From Candidatus Levyibacteriota bacterium (GTDB lineage Bacteria > Patescibacteriota > Microgenomatia > Levybacterales > UBA12049), in the NCBI GenBank assembly GCA_016182235.1, contig JACOXT010000003.1, positions 258,209 to 322,208 of the forward strand: a stretch of 64,000 nucleotides of DNA, written 5' to 3'. The position numbers and the translations under genes were made by a program. The notes beneath the pieces were generated by a model that was given only the letters and a program-made list of their open reading frames with translations, did not search any database and was not told where the DNA came from. Each line of letters opens with the position of its first letter. Position 1 is the first letter of the stretch. Shown here in pieces: positions 54,229-64,000 of the stretch.

Positions 54229-56580
54229 ATGGAAAAAGTTATTCCTTTAATACCAATACGAGACGGGGTAGTTTTCCCAAATACAGATTCGGTATTAACA
54301 TTTGGCAGACCAAAAAGTTTGGCCGCCCTTGAAGCCTCATTTACGAGCGAAAGAATCGTATGTTTCGTTCTCCAGAAAAATTCGAAGCTTAATGACCCCG
54401 CACCTATGGACTTATATACTGTTGCAACTCTTTCCCGAATTGAACGCATGACAAGAACAGAAGGAGAAATAATAGCACAGGTTAGGGGAATTTCTAGGGT
54501 TAAGATAAACTCGATTGAAGAACATGGATCGTATCTTATAGCCAAGGTTGTTGAGATGCCAGATGTAGCCGATAACAGCCCGGAAATAAAAGCACTTTGT
54601 AATCACCTAACAAATGAATTTCGAAGAGCGATGAATCTTGGAAAGAGTGTGGATTTCCTGGTGTTCATGAATATCATGTCTGATAATTCTCCCCATGAGC
54701 TTGCGGATCTTATCGCGTCTGTTTTGGATGTCAAGCCTTCTGAAAGGCAAGAACTTTTAGAAATAACTAACGTTAGAACAAGACTTGAGAAAATAGCGGA
54801 TTTTCTTACAAAAGAACTTAAAGTCTTGGAGCTTGAGAAACGTATCGCGTCAAAAACCCAAGAAAGGTTTGAAAAAGGCGCAAGGGAAGCGATTTTAAGA
54901 GAAAGGCTTAAGACGATAGAAAAAGAGCTTGGAGAAGAAGAAGATAGCGGAACACGTGAGTACATGGAAAAAATTAAAGAAGCTAAAATGCCCGAGGAAA
55001 TCGCTGAAAAAGCTAGAAAAGAAGTTAAAAAGCTTTCCCAAATGGCCCAATTTAACCCGGAGGCAGGTTACATCAGGAATTATCTCGATTGGTTAGTCGC
55101 CCTTCCTTGGGGAATAAGAAGTAAAAACAACGTAAATATTAAGAATGCGGAAAAGATTTTGGATGAAGACCACTATGGATTGAATAAGGTTAAAGAAAGA
55201 ATAGTTGAGTATTTGGCGGTTCACAAACTTTCAGGGAAAATGAAAGGTCCAATACTTTGTTTTGCAGGACCTCCGGGAGTTGGTAAAACATCAATTGGAA
55301 AATCAATCGCAAGATCACTGGGAAGAAAATTTGTGAGAGTTTCTCTTGGAGGGATAAGAGATGAGGCAGAAATTCGAGGACATAGACGTACTTATGTTGG
55401 GGCACTGCCCGGTAGGATTATTCAAGGTATTAAAGACGCAGGTACCAGAAACCCGATTTTTATGCTTGATGAAATTGATAAAGTCGGAGCGGATTTTAGA
55501 GGCGATCCTTCTTCAGCGCTTTTGGAGGCGCTTGATCCAGAGCAAAACCACCAATTTTCGGATCATTATTTAGAAGTTCCCTTTGATCTCTCAGACGTAA
55601 TGTTTGTGACAACAGCAAATGTGCTAGATACGATTCCGCCAGCCTTAAGAGATAGGCTTGAAATTATAAATTTCTCTGGCTATACTCTTGATGAGAAATT
55701 TAAAATAGCCCGTGAGTTCTTACTAAAAAAACAAATAGAAAGTCATGGTTTGACAACTGAGAAAGTTAAGCTTTCTGATGAAGCGCTGAAATTTGTTATA
55801 GAGCACTATACAAGAGAGGCGGGAGTCAGGAGCTTAGAAAGACAAATAGCGACAATTCTTCGAAAGATTGCCAAGCAAATAGCAGAAGGCAAAAAGACAA
55901 AGATTCTTGTCACAGAAAAAGATGTCCCGAAGTATTTGGGTCCAATCAAGATTAGCTCTACTCTTCTTGAGAAAAAAGACGAAATTGGCATGTCAACGGG
56001 ACTTGCTTGGACAGAAGCAGGCGGAGACATATTGTTTATAGAGGTTGCTCTCATGCCGGGGAAAGGTCAGCTAATCCTTACAGGTCAGCTCGGGGATGTA
56101 ATGAAGGAATCCTGTCAAGCCGCGATGTCTTACATTAGGGCTCGAGCGGGCCAACTTGGGCTTCCTGAGAAGTTTTATCAGAAAATTGATGTTCATATCC
56201 ATGTTCCCGAAGGGGCAGTTCCTAAAGATGGTCCTTCTGCTGGAATTCCAATAGCAACAGCAATAATATCAGCTCTAACTAAAATTCCTGTAAATAGAAA
56301 AGTTGGGATGACTGGAGAAATAACTTTAAGAGGCAGAGTTATGGAAATTGGCGGGCTTAAGGAAAAAGTAATTGCTGCTCATAGAGCGGGAGTCAAGACA
56401 ATTGTTCTTCCGAAAGAAAATAGAAAAGACCTTGAAGATATTCCTAAGGAAGTTTTGAAAGATCTGAGATTTAAATTCGTTTCTCACATGGATGAGGTTT
56501 TAGGAATTTCCCTTAAAGAGTCCTTAAAAGTTAAAAAAATTGATGGCGTTCCAACTCATCAACCTTTCCTCCACGCGTAG
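54229..56580 (+). CDS. lon: ATP-dependent Lon protease
   Basis: LON N-domain, Walker [10 protein letters not shown], Walker B MLDEIDK, and the protease Ser in DGPSAG with a downstream Lys. Confidence 0.95.
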   Translation: MEKVIPLIPIRDGVVFPNTDSVLTFGRPKSLAALEASFTSERIVCFVLQKNSKLNDPAPMDLYTVATLSRIERMTRTEGEIIAQVRGISRVKINSIEEHGSYLIAKVVEMPDVADNSPEIKALCNHLTNEFRRAMNLGKSVDFLVFMNIMSDNSPHELADLIASVLDVKPSERQELLEITNVRTRLEKIADFLTKELKVLELEKRIASKTQERFEKGAREAILRERLKTIEKELGEEEDSGTREYMEKIKEAKMPEEIAEKARKEVKKLSQMAQFNPEAGYIRNYLDWLVALPWGIRSKNNVNIKNAEKILDEDHYGLNKVKERIVEYLAVHKLSGKMKGPILCFAGPPGVGKTSIGKSIARSLGRKFVRVSLGGIRDEAEIRGHRRTYVGALPGRIIQGIKDAGTRNPIFMLDEIDKVGADFRGDPSSALLEALDPEQNHQFSDHYLEVPFDLSDVMFVTTANVLDTIPPALRDRLEIINFSGYTLDEKFKIAREFLLKKQIESHGLTTEKVKLSDEALKFVIEHYTREAGVRSLERQIATILRKIAKQIAEGKKTKILVTEKDVPKYLGPIKISSTLLEKKDEIGMSTGLAWTEAGGDILFIEVALMPGKGQLILTGQLGDVMKESCQAAMSYIRARAGQLGLPEKFYQKIDVHIHVPEGAVPKDGPSAGIPIATAIISALTKIPVNRKVGMTGEITLRGRVMEIGGLKEKVIAAHRAGVKTIVLPKENRKDLEDIPKEVLKDLRFKFVSHMDEVLGISLKESLKVKKIDGVPTHQPFLHA

Positions 56581-56615
56581 CTTATTCTTTAACTTAGCCC
56601 TATTTCTGGTTTGTG

Positions 56616-56689
56616 TAGCCCCAAGGGGACTCGAACCCCTGATCTTCACCTTGAGAAGGTGACGTCCTAGACCACTAGACGATGGGGCC
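56616..56689 (-). tRNA. tRNA-Glu (anticodon CUC), CCA not encoded
   Basis: Manual cloverleaf on the minus strand. Acceptor GGCCCCA/TGGGGCT, D arm GTCT/GGAC, anticodon arm TCACC-TTCTCAA-GGTGA, T arm AGGGG-TTCGAGT-CCCCT, discriminator A. Confidence 0.85.
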
Positions 56690-56757
56690 TTAGACTTCCT
56701 ATATTTTACCTCAAAAACTCTTTCTAGGCAAACTAGTTTGTTCTCCTATTTATTTTC

Positions 56758-57528
56758 TTGTATAATTTTGTGGTGAAGCAAATATTCCTGTCAGTAGTGA
56801 TTCCTTCGTATGATGAGATGGCGAATCTTCAGAAAGGAGTTCTTGACAAAGTCGAGCATTTTTTAAATAAAAAAAAATATTCATATGAAGTTATTATTGT
56901 TGATGATGGTTCGACAGATGGAAGTATTGTGTTTGTGAGAAGATTTGTAAAAGAGAATCCTGATTTTAGATTGATTGAAAATTCCCATTTAGGTAAGGCA
57001 GGAGCAGTGACAAAGGGAATACTTGAGGCTAATGGAGCATATATCTTGTTTACTGATATGGATCAAGCAACACCCATTGAAGAGTTAGACAAGCTTTTGT
57101 CCTGCTTTAAAGAAGGTTATGATATTGTCATTGGGTCTAGAAATTCTCAAAGGAGAGGGTCGCCCTGGACCAGAATATTAATGGCCAAAGGAATGATATT
57201 TTTGAGGAATGTTTTGATAAATATTCGTGGAATTACCGATACACAATGCGGATTTAAAATGTTTAGGCACGACGTTGCCCAAAAACTCTTCAAAAGAATT
57301 AATTCACTACACAAAGGTTTTAATCGGGTATTTGGTTCAAGCGTCTCAGCAGGATTTGATGTAGAGGTGTTACATATTGCGCAAAAGATGGGTTACAAAA
57401 TTAAAGAAGTTCCGGTCAATTGGCTTTATGTAGAGACAAGAAGAGTAAATCCCATAAACGATTCCATCAAAGGTTTTTTTGATCTAGTAAAAATAAAAAT
57501 TAAAGATATTAAAGGAGAATACCGCTGA
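56758..57528 (+). CDS. glycosyltransferase family 2 (polyprenol-phosphate sugar synthase-like)
   Basis: LSVVIPSYDE...IIVDDGSTDGS...TDMDQAT motifs. The true start is probably the GTG at 56770 or 56773, since TGTATAAT (56759-56766) lies inside the track ORF. Confidence 0.8.
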   Translation: MYNFVVKQIFLSVVIPSYDEMANLQKGVLDKVEHFLNKKKYSYEVIIVDDGSTDGSIVFVRRFVKENPDFRLIENSHLGKAGAVTKGILEANGAYILFTDMDQATPIEELDKLLSCFKEGYDIVIGSRNSQRRGSPWTRILMAKGMIFLRNVLINIRGITDTQCGFKMFRHDVAQKLFKRINSLHKGFNRVFGSSVSAGFDVEVLHIAQKMGYKIKEVPVNWLYVETRRVNPINDSIKGFFDLVKIKIKDIKGEYR

Positions 57529-57563
57529 AAAAGTTTTCAAATTTCAATTTTCAATTTTCAATT

Positions 57564-58727
57564 TTGAGTATGGGGTATTTGGCTGGGATTGTTGGATTGT
57601 TTTTTTATTCTTTTACTCAGATCGATCTTGGTCTTACTTTATCAGAATGGTCTATATGGCAAGCTGTGCAAAAATTTTTCCAAAATATAGGGTATTTTCA
57701 AAGGCCGCTTTCAAGCTTTATTTTCACCCTTATTATCTTAATACTTTTCTTATTTTATATTCTGATTCTTTGGGCAGTCAAAAAAAATAAGTTTACAAAG
57801 AGAAACGCTTGGTTTTTGATTGCATCAACCTCTATTATTTTGACATTTTCTTATAACGCTTTCTCTTATGATTTATTCAATTATATTTTCGACGCGAAAA
57901 TCATAACATATTATCATCAAAATCCATATTTTCAAAAAGCGCTTGATTATCCTAATGACCCAATGCTTTCTTTTATGCACTGGACCCATAGAACTTATCC
58001 TTACGGTCCTGTCTGGCTTTTATTAACAGCTCCTTTATCATTAGGAATACAATTTTTTTTACCCACTTTTTTTCTTTTCAAGACACTTACATCCTTAAGT
58101 TTTTTAGGAACTACTTTTTTTATTGGTAAAATTCTTAATAAAGTTTCTCCAAAAGATGAAATTCTCGGAACAGTCTTTTTCGCGCTCAACCCATTGGTTA
58201 TAGTAGAAAGTTTAGTTTCTGCACACAATGATATAACTATGATTTTCTTTGCTCTATTCGCTTTATATCTAATAATAGATAGAAAATATATTCGTTCATT
58301 TATATTACTCTTTATATCAATAGGAGTTAAGATTGCTACGATTTTTTTGTTACCTATTTTTGTTTACATACTTCTAAAAGTAAATAAAAAGTTAAGTTGG
58401 CAAAGAATATTACATCTTAGTATTTTGATGATGGTGATTGCTATAGTCTTAGCATCATATAGAACAAATTTTCAGCCATGGTACCTTTTATTTGTTTTGC
58501 CGTTTGTCGCCTTGTCGCCAAGATATTATTTTGTAATTCCAGGCCTTGTGTTTTCTTTAGTTTCTCTTTTACAGTATTTGCCTTTTTTATATACAGGTAA
58601 TTGGAATGAGCCTATTCCTTCAATACTTTCCGTTATGGTATATAGCTCTGTTTTTCTTTCTCTTTTTAGTGTTTTATTTTTTAGATTCGCATTTCTCAGG
58701 AGAGAAAGTGATAAGATAAGCATATGA
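57564..58727 (+). CDS. polytopic membrane protein, GT-C-like glycosyltransferase candidate
   Basis: ~10 TM segments and a conserved-looking loop HWTHRTYPYGPVW. It lies between the GT2 and ArnT-like genes. Confidence 0.4.
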   Translation: MSMGYLAGIVGLFFYSFTQIDLGLTLSEWSIWQAVQKFFQNIGYFQRPLSSFIFTLIILILFLFYILILWAVKKNKFTKRNAWFLIASTSIILTFSYNAFSYDLFNYIFDAKIITYYHQNPYFQKALDYPNDPMLSFMHWTHRTYPYGPVWLLLTAPLSLGIQFFLPTFFLFKTLTSLSFLGTTFFIGKILNKVSPKDEILGTVFFALNPLVIVESLVSAHNDITMIFFALFALYLIIDRKYIRSFILLFISIGVKIATIFLLPIFVYILLKVNKKLSWQRILHLSILMMVIAIVLASYRTNFQPWYLLFVLPFVALSPRYYFVIPGLVFSLVSLLQYLPFLYTGNWNEPIPSILSVMVYSSVFLSLFSVLFFRFAFLRRESDKISI

Positions 58728-60241
58728 GTCTTCTTAAGAAATATAAGATTGAGACAATCGTGTTGGTATTGTTGATATTTTTATATTTTCTGACTCGTTT
58801 TTATAATATTTTATCCCTGCCTATTTTTACAGATGAAGCAATATACATTCGGTGGGCGCAAATTGCCAAGCAGGATGCGAGCTGGCGATTTATTTCGCTA
58901 ACTGACGGGAAACAGCCGATGTTTGTTTGGCTGACTGTGATTGCGATGCGCTTCATAAGCGATCCCTTATTAGCGGGAAGGTTGGTTTCAGTCGGAGCAG
59001 GATTTTTTACATTGATCGGGATGTTTTTTTTAGGTAGGGAGATTTTCAGAAATCGTTTAATTGGACTTATCTCAAGTGGTATATATGTAATTTTTCCAAT
59101 GGCTTTGGTTTACGATAAGATGGCTTTATATGATAGTTTGGTCGGAACTTTTACGATCTGGAGCTTATTTCTTACTGTACTATTAGTTCGTAGAATTCGA
59201 TTGGATGTTGCCCTAATTTTGGGAATGGTCGTAGGCGGTGGAGTTCTTAATAAAACCTCAGGATTTTTTAACCTCTATCTTCTTCCTCTGTCATTAATCT
59301 TGTTTGATTGGAATAAAAAAGAGAGAATGCAAGGGTTAGTAAAGTGGGTGGGGTTGATATCTATTGCGGTAATAATGACCTATGGGTTCTATTCTATTCT
59401 GAGGCTTTCTCCATATTTTCATATAATAGATGAGAAAAATACGATCTTTGTTTACCCTTATAGAGAATGGATAGAGCATCCGTTGGACTTTTTTATAGGT
59501 AACTGGAAAGCCTTGTGGGATTGGATGAATTTATATTTAACCTCGCCGCTTCTTATTGCTTCTGTAGCATCCTTTTTTATCGCAAGGTCTTATGCAAAAG
59601 AAAAGATACTTCTTTTTCTTTGGTTTATCATACCCATTATTGCTTTAGCAATTTTTGGTAAAACACTATATCCCCGTTTTATCTTTTTTATGACACTATC
59701 CTTGTTGCCTCTTATTGCCTATTCATTAATTGCCCTCTATCAAAAAGTTAAAACAAGACCTTTATTTGTTTTGTTTTTAATAATGTTTTTTTTCTTTGTT
59801 TTTAGAGCTGATTTTTTTATACTGACTGATTTTGAAAATGCTCGTATTCCTGTATCTGACATAAGACAATATGCAACTGATTGGCCATCAGGCGGAGGAG
59901 TTAAGGAGGCTGTAGAGTTTTTCCAAAACGAAGCCAAAAATCAGAAAATTTATATTGCTACTCAAGGAACCTTTGGGCTCATGCCTTATGCATTTGAAAT
60001 TTATCTAATTCAAAACCCAAATATCGCAATTGAGGGTTTCTGGCCGATATCAGACACAATTCCTCAAAAGGTTTTAGAAAAGAGCAAGTTTATGCCTACA
60101 TACTTCGTATTTTATCAACCCTGCTCTTCGTGTCAGGAAACAGGAGTTGCCCCTGTAGTATGGAGCCAGCTTGATCTGATCTATCAATATGAGAAGAAAC
60201 AGCCGTATAGATACTTATCTCTATATAGAGTTAAACAATGA
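58724..60241 (+). CDS. ArnT/PMT-like (GT-C) membrane glycosyltransferase
   Basis: First-loop motif LPIFTDEAIYIRWAQ; multi-TM; 505 aa. Confidence 0.6.
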   Translation: MSLLKKYKIETIVLVLLIFLYFLTRFYNILSLPIFTDEAIYIRWAQIAKQDASWRFISLTDGKQPMFVWLTVIAMRFISDPLLAGRLVSVGAGFFTLIGMFFLGREIFRNRLIGLISSGIYVIFPMALVYDKMALYDSLVGTFTIWSLFLTVLLVRRIRLDVALILGMVVGGGVLNKTSGFFNLYLLPLSLILFDWNKKERMQGLVKWVGLISIAVIMTYGFYSILRLSPYFHIIDEKNTIFVYPYREWIEHPLDFFIGNWKALWDWMNLYLTSPLLIASVASFFIARSYAKEKILLFLWFIIPIIALAIFGKTLYPRFIFFMTLSLLPLIAYSLIALYQKVKTRPLFVLFLIMFFFFVFRADFFILTDFENARIPVSDIRQYATDWPSGGGVKEAVEFFQNEAKNQKIYIATQGTFGLMPYAFEIYLIQNPNIAIEGFWPISDTIPQKVLEKSKFMPTYFVFYQPCSSCQETGVAPVVWSQLDLIYQYEKKQPYRYLSLYRVKQ

Positions 60242-62649
60242 AGGCAAACCGCAATTATCTTTGGGTTTTTATTCTGTTTATACTCATAACGCTTTTTTTC
60301 TTCTATAAGAGTTTATTGAATGGATATATTCCTTTTCCGGGAGATCTTCTTGTTGGCGAATACGCGCCGTACAATTCATATCCCTTTTTGGGATATGCGC
60401 CATCCGGGTATCCAAACAAGGGACAGGATTTTGACGTTTTAAGACTTTTATATCCAGAGAAAGAATTTTCTATCAGTATTTTCAAAAATCTTGAGTTGCC
60501 ATTTTGGAACCCATACAATTTTTCTGGCAATCCCCATATCGCCAGCTTACAATCCGGATCGTTCTATCCTTTCAATCTGATATTCTTTTTCCTTCCCTTT
60601 GTATATGGTTGGACAGTATTTATAATACTCCAGCCAATTCTAAGTACGATATTTACTTTTCTATTCGCAAGAGAGCTTAGTTTAAGCACTAGAAGTTCTA
60701 TTTTTTCCTCTCTGGTGTTTACCTTTTCTTCGTACTCTATCGTATGGATGGAATATGGGAATATTGGTCATTCTATTTTGTGGATGCCTTTTGTGCTGTT
60801 TCTGTTTATAAAAAATCTTAAAAATCCTAGCATCTTGAAATCAGTATTAATATCACTGTCATTAACTTTCTCAATTCTGGCGGGATATATTCAAACAGCA
60901 TTTTATGTATATATTTTCGTAACAGCATTTGTTCTCTTTTATACTTTTTTCATCGACAAAATGGATAGAATCAAAAAATTATCTATATCCTGTCTTGTCA
61001 TTGTGTCGTCGGTATTGTTATCGGCAGTTCAACTTTTGCCGATGTTTGAGCTAATTTTTCAATCCGCACGGATACCATACTCCCAGCCCGAGTTCCTGAA
61101 ATTACTGATTCCTTCATTCCATGCCATTACTATGTTTGTTCCTGATTTTTTTGGTAACCCTTCTACAAGGAACTACTGGATTAATGGGACATATATAGAA
61201 AGAGTATCTTATATCGGCGTAGTACCTCTAATTTTTATCTTTATTAGTTTTTTTAGAAAACAATATGCATACTTTTGGTTCTTTGCAGTCAGCGCAGTTG
61301 TTATTCTACTTTTATCATTCGATACATATCTTGCCAGAACTATATACTTTTTCCAGATTCCTTTTGTTTCAACAGCAGTTCCTACAAGAATAATGTTCTT
61401 GTTCTGTTTTTCAGCAAGTATTCTCTCCGGATTTGGACTTGATGCATTCCTAAGAGAACAAAATAAGAAAATATTTTTAAGGGCAATTTATATTTTGTGC
61501 GGAATATATATATTAACATGGCTGTTTGTGTTTATTTCACCGACATTGTGGAAAGATTCTACTTGGATTTCTAACTTACAAATATCGAAAAGAAATCTGA
61601 TTTTACCAACCGGCATCTTTTTAGTTAGCGCATTTGTTCTTCTTATAAATTTTCACATAGGCAAACATAGAAAGTTTGCTATTATATTCCTATTGTCTTT
61701 AAGCGTATTTGATTTATTTTATTTTTTTCATAAAATTACACCCTTTGCGCCAAAAGAAACTATTTATCTGGATACAGAGGTGCTAAGGGCGCTCAAGGAG
61801 ATCCAGGGAATTAATCGTTCATGGGGATATGGAAGCGGATACATAAGCACCAATCTCCAAACCCATGAAAAAATCTTTTCTACAGATGGATACAACGCTT
61901 TACATATTAGACGGTATGGAGAATTATTAGCTTCTTCAAAAGACGGTAAAATCCCATCTTTAATACCAAGATCAGATCCGATGATAGCCTCCGGTTATGG
62001 CTTAGGAAACTTGAGGGAGAATAAATACCGTCAAAGACTTTTGAATTTGCTAGGAGTTAAGTACGTACTTAATAAGATAGAAAATAAAGCCGAACCTGCC
62101 CAGGATTATCAAATATTTGATGATGAAACATATAGCCTTATCTGGCAGGAATTTCCCTGGCAGATCTATGAAAACAAAAAAGCATTGCCTCGTATCTTTT
62201 TTTCGTCAGATTATGTGGTTGAGAGTGACAAAAATAGGATTATTCAGATGATTCATGATGATGGATTTAACCCTAGAGAGAAAATAATTTTAGAAGAGTC
62301 AATATTGCCAAAAGTTGATTTGTCTGACGATAAAAATGCGAAAATTGTAGTTGAAAAATACACTCCGAATAAAGTTATTTTAGAGACGGATGCGAAAACA
62401 AATATGATTTTATTTCTTTCCGATAATTACTATTCTGGCTGGACAGTGAGTATTGATGGAGAAGATGATAAGATATATAAGGCAGACTATTCGTTTAGAG
62501 CGGTACCGGTTAAAAAAGGTAATCATGAAGTTATATTTTCATATTATCCTGAGTCTTTTGATTTAGGTATTAAAGTTAGTTTAATTACTTTTGGGTCATT
62601 GATCTTATTGGTGTTCGTTAAGAGATTTAAAATAAATGTTCAAAAATAG
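60238..62649 (+). CDS. YfhO-family membrane glycosyltransferase-like protein
   Basis: 803 aa and multi-TM. C-terminal DNYYSGWTVSIDGEDDKIYKADYSFRAVPVKKGNHEVIFSYYP, typical of YfhO. Confidence 0.65.
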   Translation: MKANRNYLWVFILFILITLFFFYKSLLNGYIPFPGDLLVGEYAPYNSYPFLGYAPSGYPNKGQDFDVLRLLYPEKEFSISIFKNLELPFWNPYNFSGNPHIASLQSGSFYPFNLIFFFLPFVYGWTVFIILQPILSTIFTFLFARELSLSTRSSIFSSLVFTFSSYSIVWMEYGNIGHSILWMPFVLFLFIKNLKNPSILKSVLISLSLTFSILAGYIQTAFYVYIFVTAFVLFYTFFIDKMDRIKKLSISCLVIVSSVLLSAVQLLPMFELIFQSARIPYSQPEFLKLLIPSFHAITMFVPDFFGNPSTRNYWINGTYIERVSYIGVVPLIFIFISFFRKQYAYFWFFAVSAVVILLLSFDTYLARTIYFFQIPFVSTAVPTRIMFLFCFSASILSGFGLDAFLREQNKKIFLRAIYILCGIYILTWLFVFISPTLWKDSTWISNLQISKRNLILPTGIFLVSAFVLLINFHIGKHRKFAIIFLLSLSVFDLFYFFHKITPFAPKETIYLDTEVLRALKEIQGINRSWGYGSGYISTNLQTHEKIFSTDGYNALHIRRYGELLASSKDGKIPSLIPRSDPMIASGYGLGNLRENKYRQRLLNLLGVKYVLNKIENKAEPAQDYQIFDDETYSLIWQEFPWQIYENKKALPRIFFSSDYVVESDKNRIIQMIHDDGFNPREKIILEESILPKVDLSDDKNAKIVVEKYTPNKVILETDAKTNMILFLSDNYYSGWTVSIDGEDDKIYKADYSFRAVPVKKGNHEVIFSYYPESFDLGIKVSLITFGSLILLVFVKRFKINVQK

Positions 62650-64000
62650 AATTTATTTTGCGTATCTTATCTTATTTGTAATTTTCTTAGTTGCGTTTCT
62701 TCTACGCTTCTACAGGTTGAATGAGTTTCCTGTGGGGTTCCATATTGATGAAGCCTCTCTTGGATATAACGGATACTCATTGCTTTTAACAGGTAAGGAT
62801 GATAACGGTAATTTTTTCCCTCTATATATAGACATGTTTGGTGACAACAGGCCTTCAGGTTATCACTATTTAACAATTATTCCCATAATGCTTTTTGGCC
62901 TAACGGAATTTGCCACAAGATTTTCCGGAGCTTTTTTTGGTGCGTTAACAATTTTTTCCATTTATTTTTTGGTGTATGCAATTTTTGAAAATAGAAAAAT
63001 AAGCATAGTTTCCGCTTTACTCCTTGCGATTGCGCCGTGGCACATAACGCTTTCCCGCGCTAGTAGCGAAGCGATAGTGGCTTTATTTTTGGTTATTCTT
63101 GGATTTGGATCTTTGGTTCTTGGACATAAAAGACAACAATATATTTGGGCTATTGTTGGAGTAATTTCTTTGACGGCAAGCTTCTTTTTCTACCATACCC
63201 CCAGGGTATTTGTTCCCTTACTTTTTTTAGTCTTACTTATATTGTTTTTTATTTTAGGAAAAAATTATAAAAATAAACTTTGGCCCTTTTTCGTTGGATG
63301 TTTAATATTCATAGTTATAATCTCGGCATGGTTAGTTTTTTCTATACCTGGTGGCACCGGAAGATTCAATCAGATAAATATTTTTAATTCTTTTGAGACG
63401 AACTTTTTTCAGGAACAACAGATTAGGGAAGATGCCAAAGCCGGCTCAAATCATATTGAATCTCGTTTTTTCCACAATAAAATATCCAACGTTATGCTGA
63501 TTTTTATATCTAATTATTTTGATTACTTTGGATTGAACTTTCTTTTTGCAGAAGGTGGCTTACCGATTTGGTATAGCATTCCCAGAGTTGGTCTTTTGTA
63601 TCTTGTAGAATTGCCTTTTATAATTATTGGAATATATTATCTAATTAAAGAAAAGAATACTTACTCTAAAATTCCATTAGTCTGGGTATTAATTGCCCCA
63701 ATTGTACCCGCAATAACAATGGATGATGTTCCAAATATAAATAGGTCTGTTGCTCTTTTTCCTATGCTAAATATAATTGCCTCTATTGGCTTTTTTTCGT
63801 TTATAAAAGATATTAAATATAAAAAGCAAATCTCTATTATGATTGGAGTTCTTCTGCTTGTGAATACCTTTTATTTTCTCCATCAGTATTTCTATAACGC
63901 AAAAACTCATAAGCCTTGGTACCGCAATAATGGCTTTTCGGAGATGATGAGTGTGGTTAATAAAAACTATCAAAGTAATGACGCAGTTATTATGTCCAAG
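62636..64000 (+). CDS. ArnT/PMT-like (GT-C) membrane glycosyltransferase, 3' end outside the window (absent from the ORF track)
   Basis: I translated from the ATG at 62636: MFKNRIYFAYLILFVIFLVAFLLRFYRLNEFPVGFHIDEASLGYNGYSL... The frame stays open for 455 codons to the window end. Confidence 0.7.
   Translation, partial: MFKNRIYFAYLILFVIFLVAFLLRFYRLNEFPVGFHIDEASLGYNGYSLLLTGKDDNGNFFPLYIDMFGDNRPSGYHYLTIIPIMLFGLTEFATRFSGAFFGALTIFSIYFLVYAIFENRKISIVSALLLAIAPWHITLSRASSEAIVALFLVILGFGSLVLGHKRQQYIWAIVGVISLTASFFFYHTPRVFVPLLFLVLLILFFILGKNYKNKLWPFFVGCLIFIVIISAWLVFSIPGGTGRFNQINIFNSFETNFFQEQQIREDAKAGSNHIESRFFHNKISNVMLIFISNYFDYFGLNFLFAEGGLPIWYSIPRVGLLYLVELPFIIIGIYYLIKEKNTYSKIPLVWVLIAPIVPAITMDDVPNINRSVALFPMLNIIASIGFFSFIKDIKYKKQISIMIGVLLLVNTFYFLHQYFYNAKTHKPWYRNNGFSEMMSVVNKNYQSNDAVIMSK

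Noticed and set aside
53310-56054. ORFs antisense to corA and lon (53310..53671, 54216..54545, 54412..54965, 55190..55573, 55806..56054).
   Set aside because: They lie within strongly supported corA and lon genes.
57541-57563. 7-bp microsatellites: TTTCAAT x3 at 57541-57563, AACTCAA x3 inside gltX at ~42012-42035, and GGAATCAG-type repeats at the recJ 5' end (35596-35640).
   Set aside because: These are short, low-copy AT-rich tandem repeats without associated structure or a recurring context. They are likely slippage products of no demonstrable function.
1-64000. Alternative genetic code (UGA reassignment, as in some candidate phyla), CRISPR arrays, rRNA operons, and IS/transposase or integrase genes.
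   Set aside because: Well-supported genes terminate at TGA as well as at TAA and TAG, with the expected lengths. I saw no direct-repeat/spacer periodicity, no rRNA-like conserved blocks, and no DDE, tyrosine- or serine-recombinase motifs in any frame I inspected.

Overview
This is a 64-kb window from a gene-dense, AT-rich bacterial genome that uses the standard genetic code (long ORFs end normally at TGA, TAA and TAG). Gene content and style suggest a Candidate Phyla Radiation / Patescibacteria (Microgenomates-like) organism; this is an inference, not a computed result. The supporting traits are many small proteins, a truncated TsaB, DUF5679/DUF4446/DUF3048 genes, a GIY-YIG gene next to a tRNA, GC-rich hairpin repeats, and a large set of ArnT/PMT/YfhO-type membrane glycosyltransferases.

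The backbone has two parts:
- (i) Envelope glycosylation: three nucleotide-sugar routes (dTDP-rhamnose genes, Ugd plus UDP-xylose synthase, Gmd plus Rmd), GT2/GT4 enzymes and seven GT-C membrane proteins.
- (ii) Housekeeping: tsaC-tsaB, secDF, cca, recJ, aspS, gltX, lon, corA, dgkA, tRNA-Gln and tRNA-Glu.

I found no rRNA, CRISPR array, transposase or integrase.

The accessory and unusual parts are:
- (a) A minus-strand insert that splits the rhamnose genes. It carries a YerC/TrpR-like regulator, VapBC and an orphan gene, tied together by three 32-bp four-heptad palindromes and duplicated ~130-bp modules.
- (b) A second YerC/TrpR-like gene, tightly bracketed by its own distinct quasi-palindrome, upstream of an ABC-2 exporter and a stand-alone C39-like peptidase.
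- (c) A tRNA-Gln-proximal, cassette-like array (46.4-52.9 kb) punctuated by five copies of a ~35-nt hairpin element, with a segmental duplication.
- (d) An apparently GC-richer orphan operon (divergent P-loop-like protein, translationally coupled unknown protein, cysteine hydrolase).
- (e) A sortase/LAPTG-substrate pair.
- (f) In-frame hairpin-repeat insertions in recJ.
- (g) A recurrent TATAAT-N6/7-start-codon geometry that suggests leaderless mRNAs.

All functional calls rest on motif recognition by eye. No database search was run.
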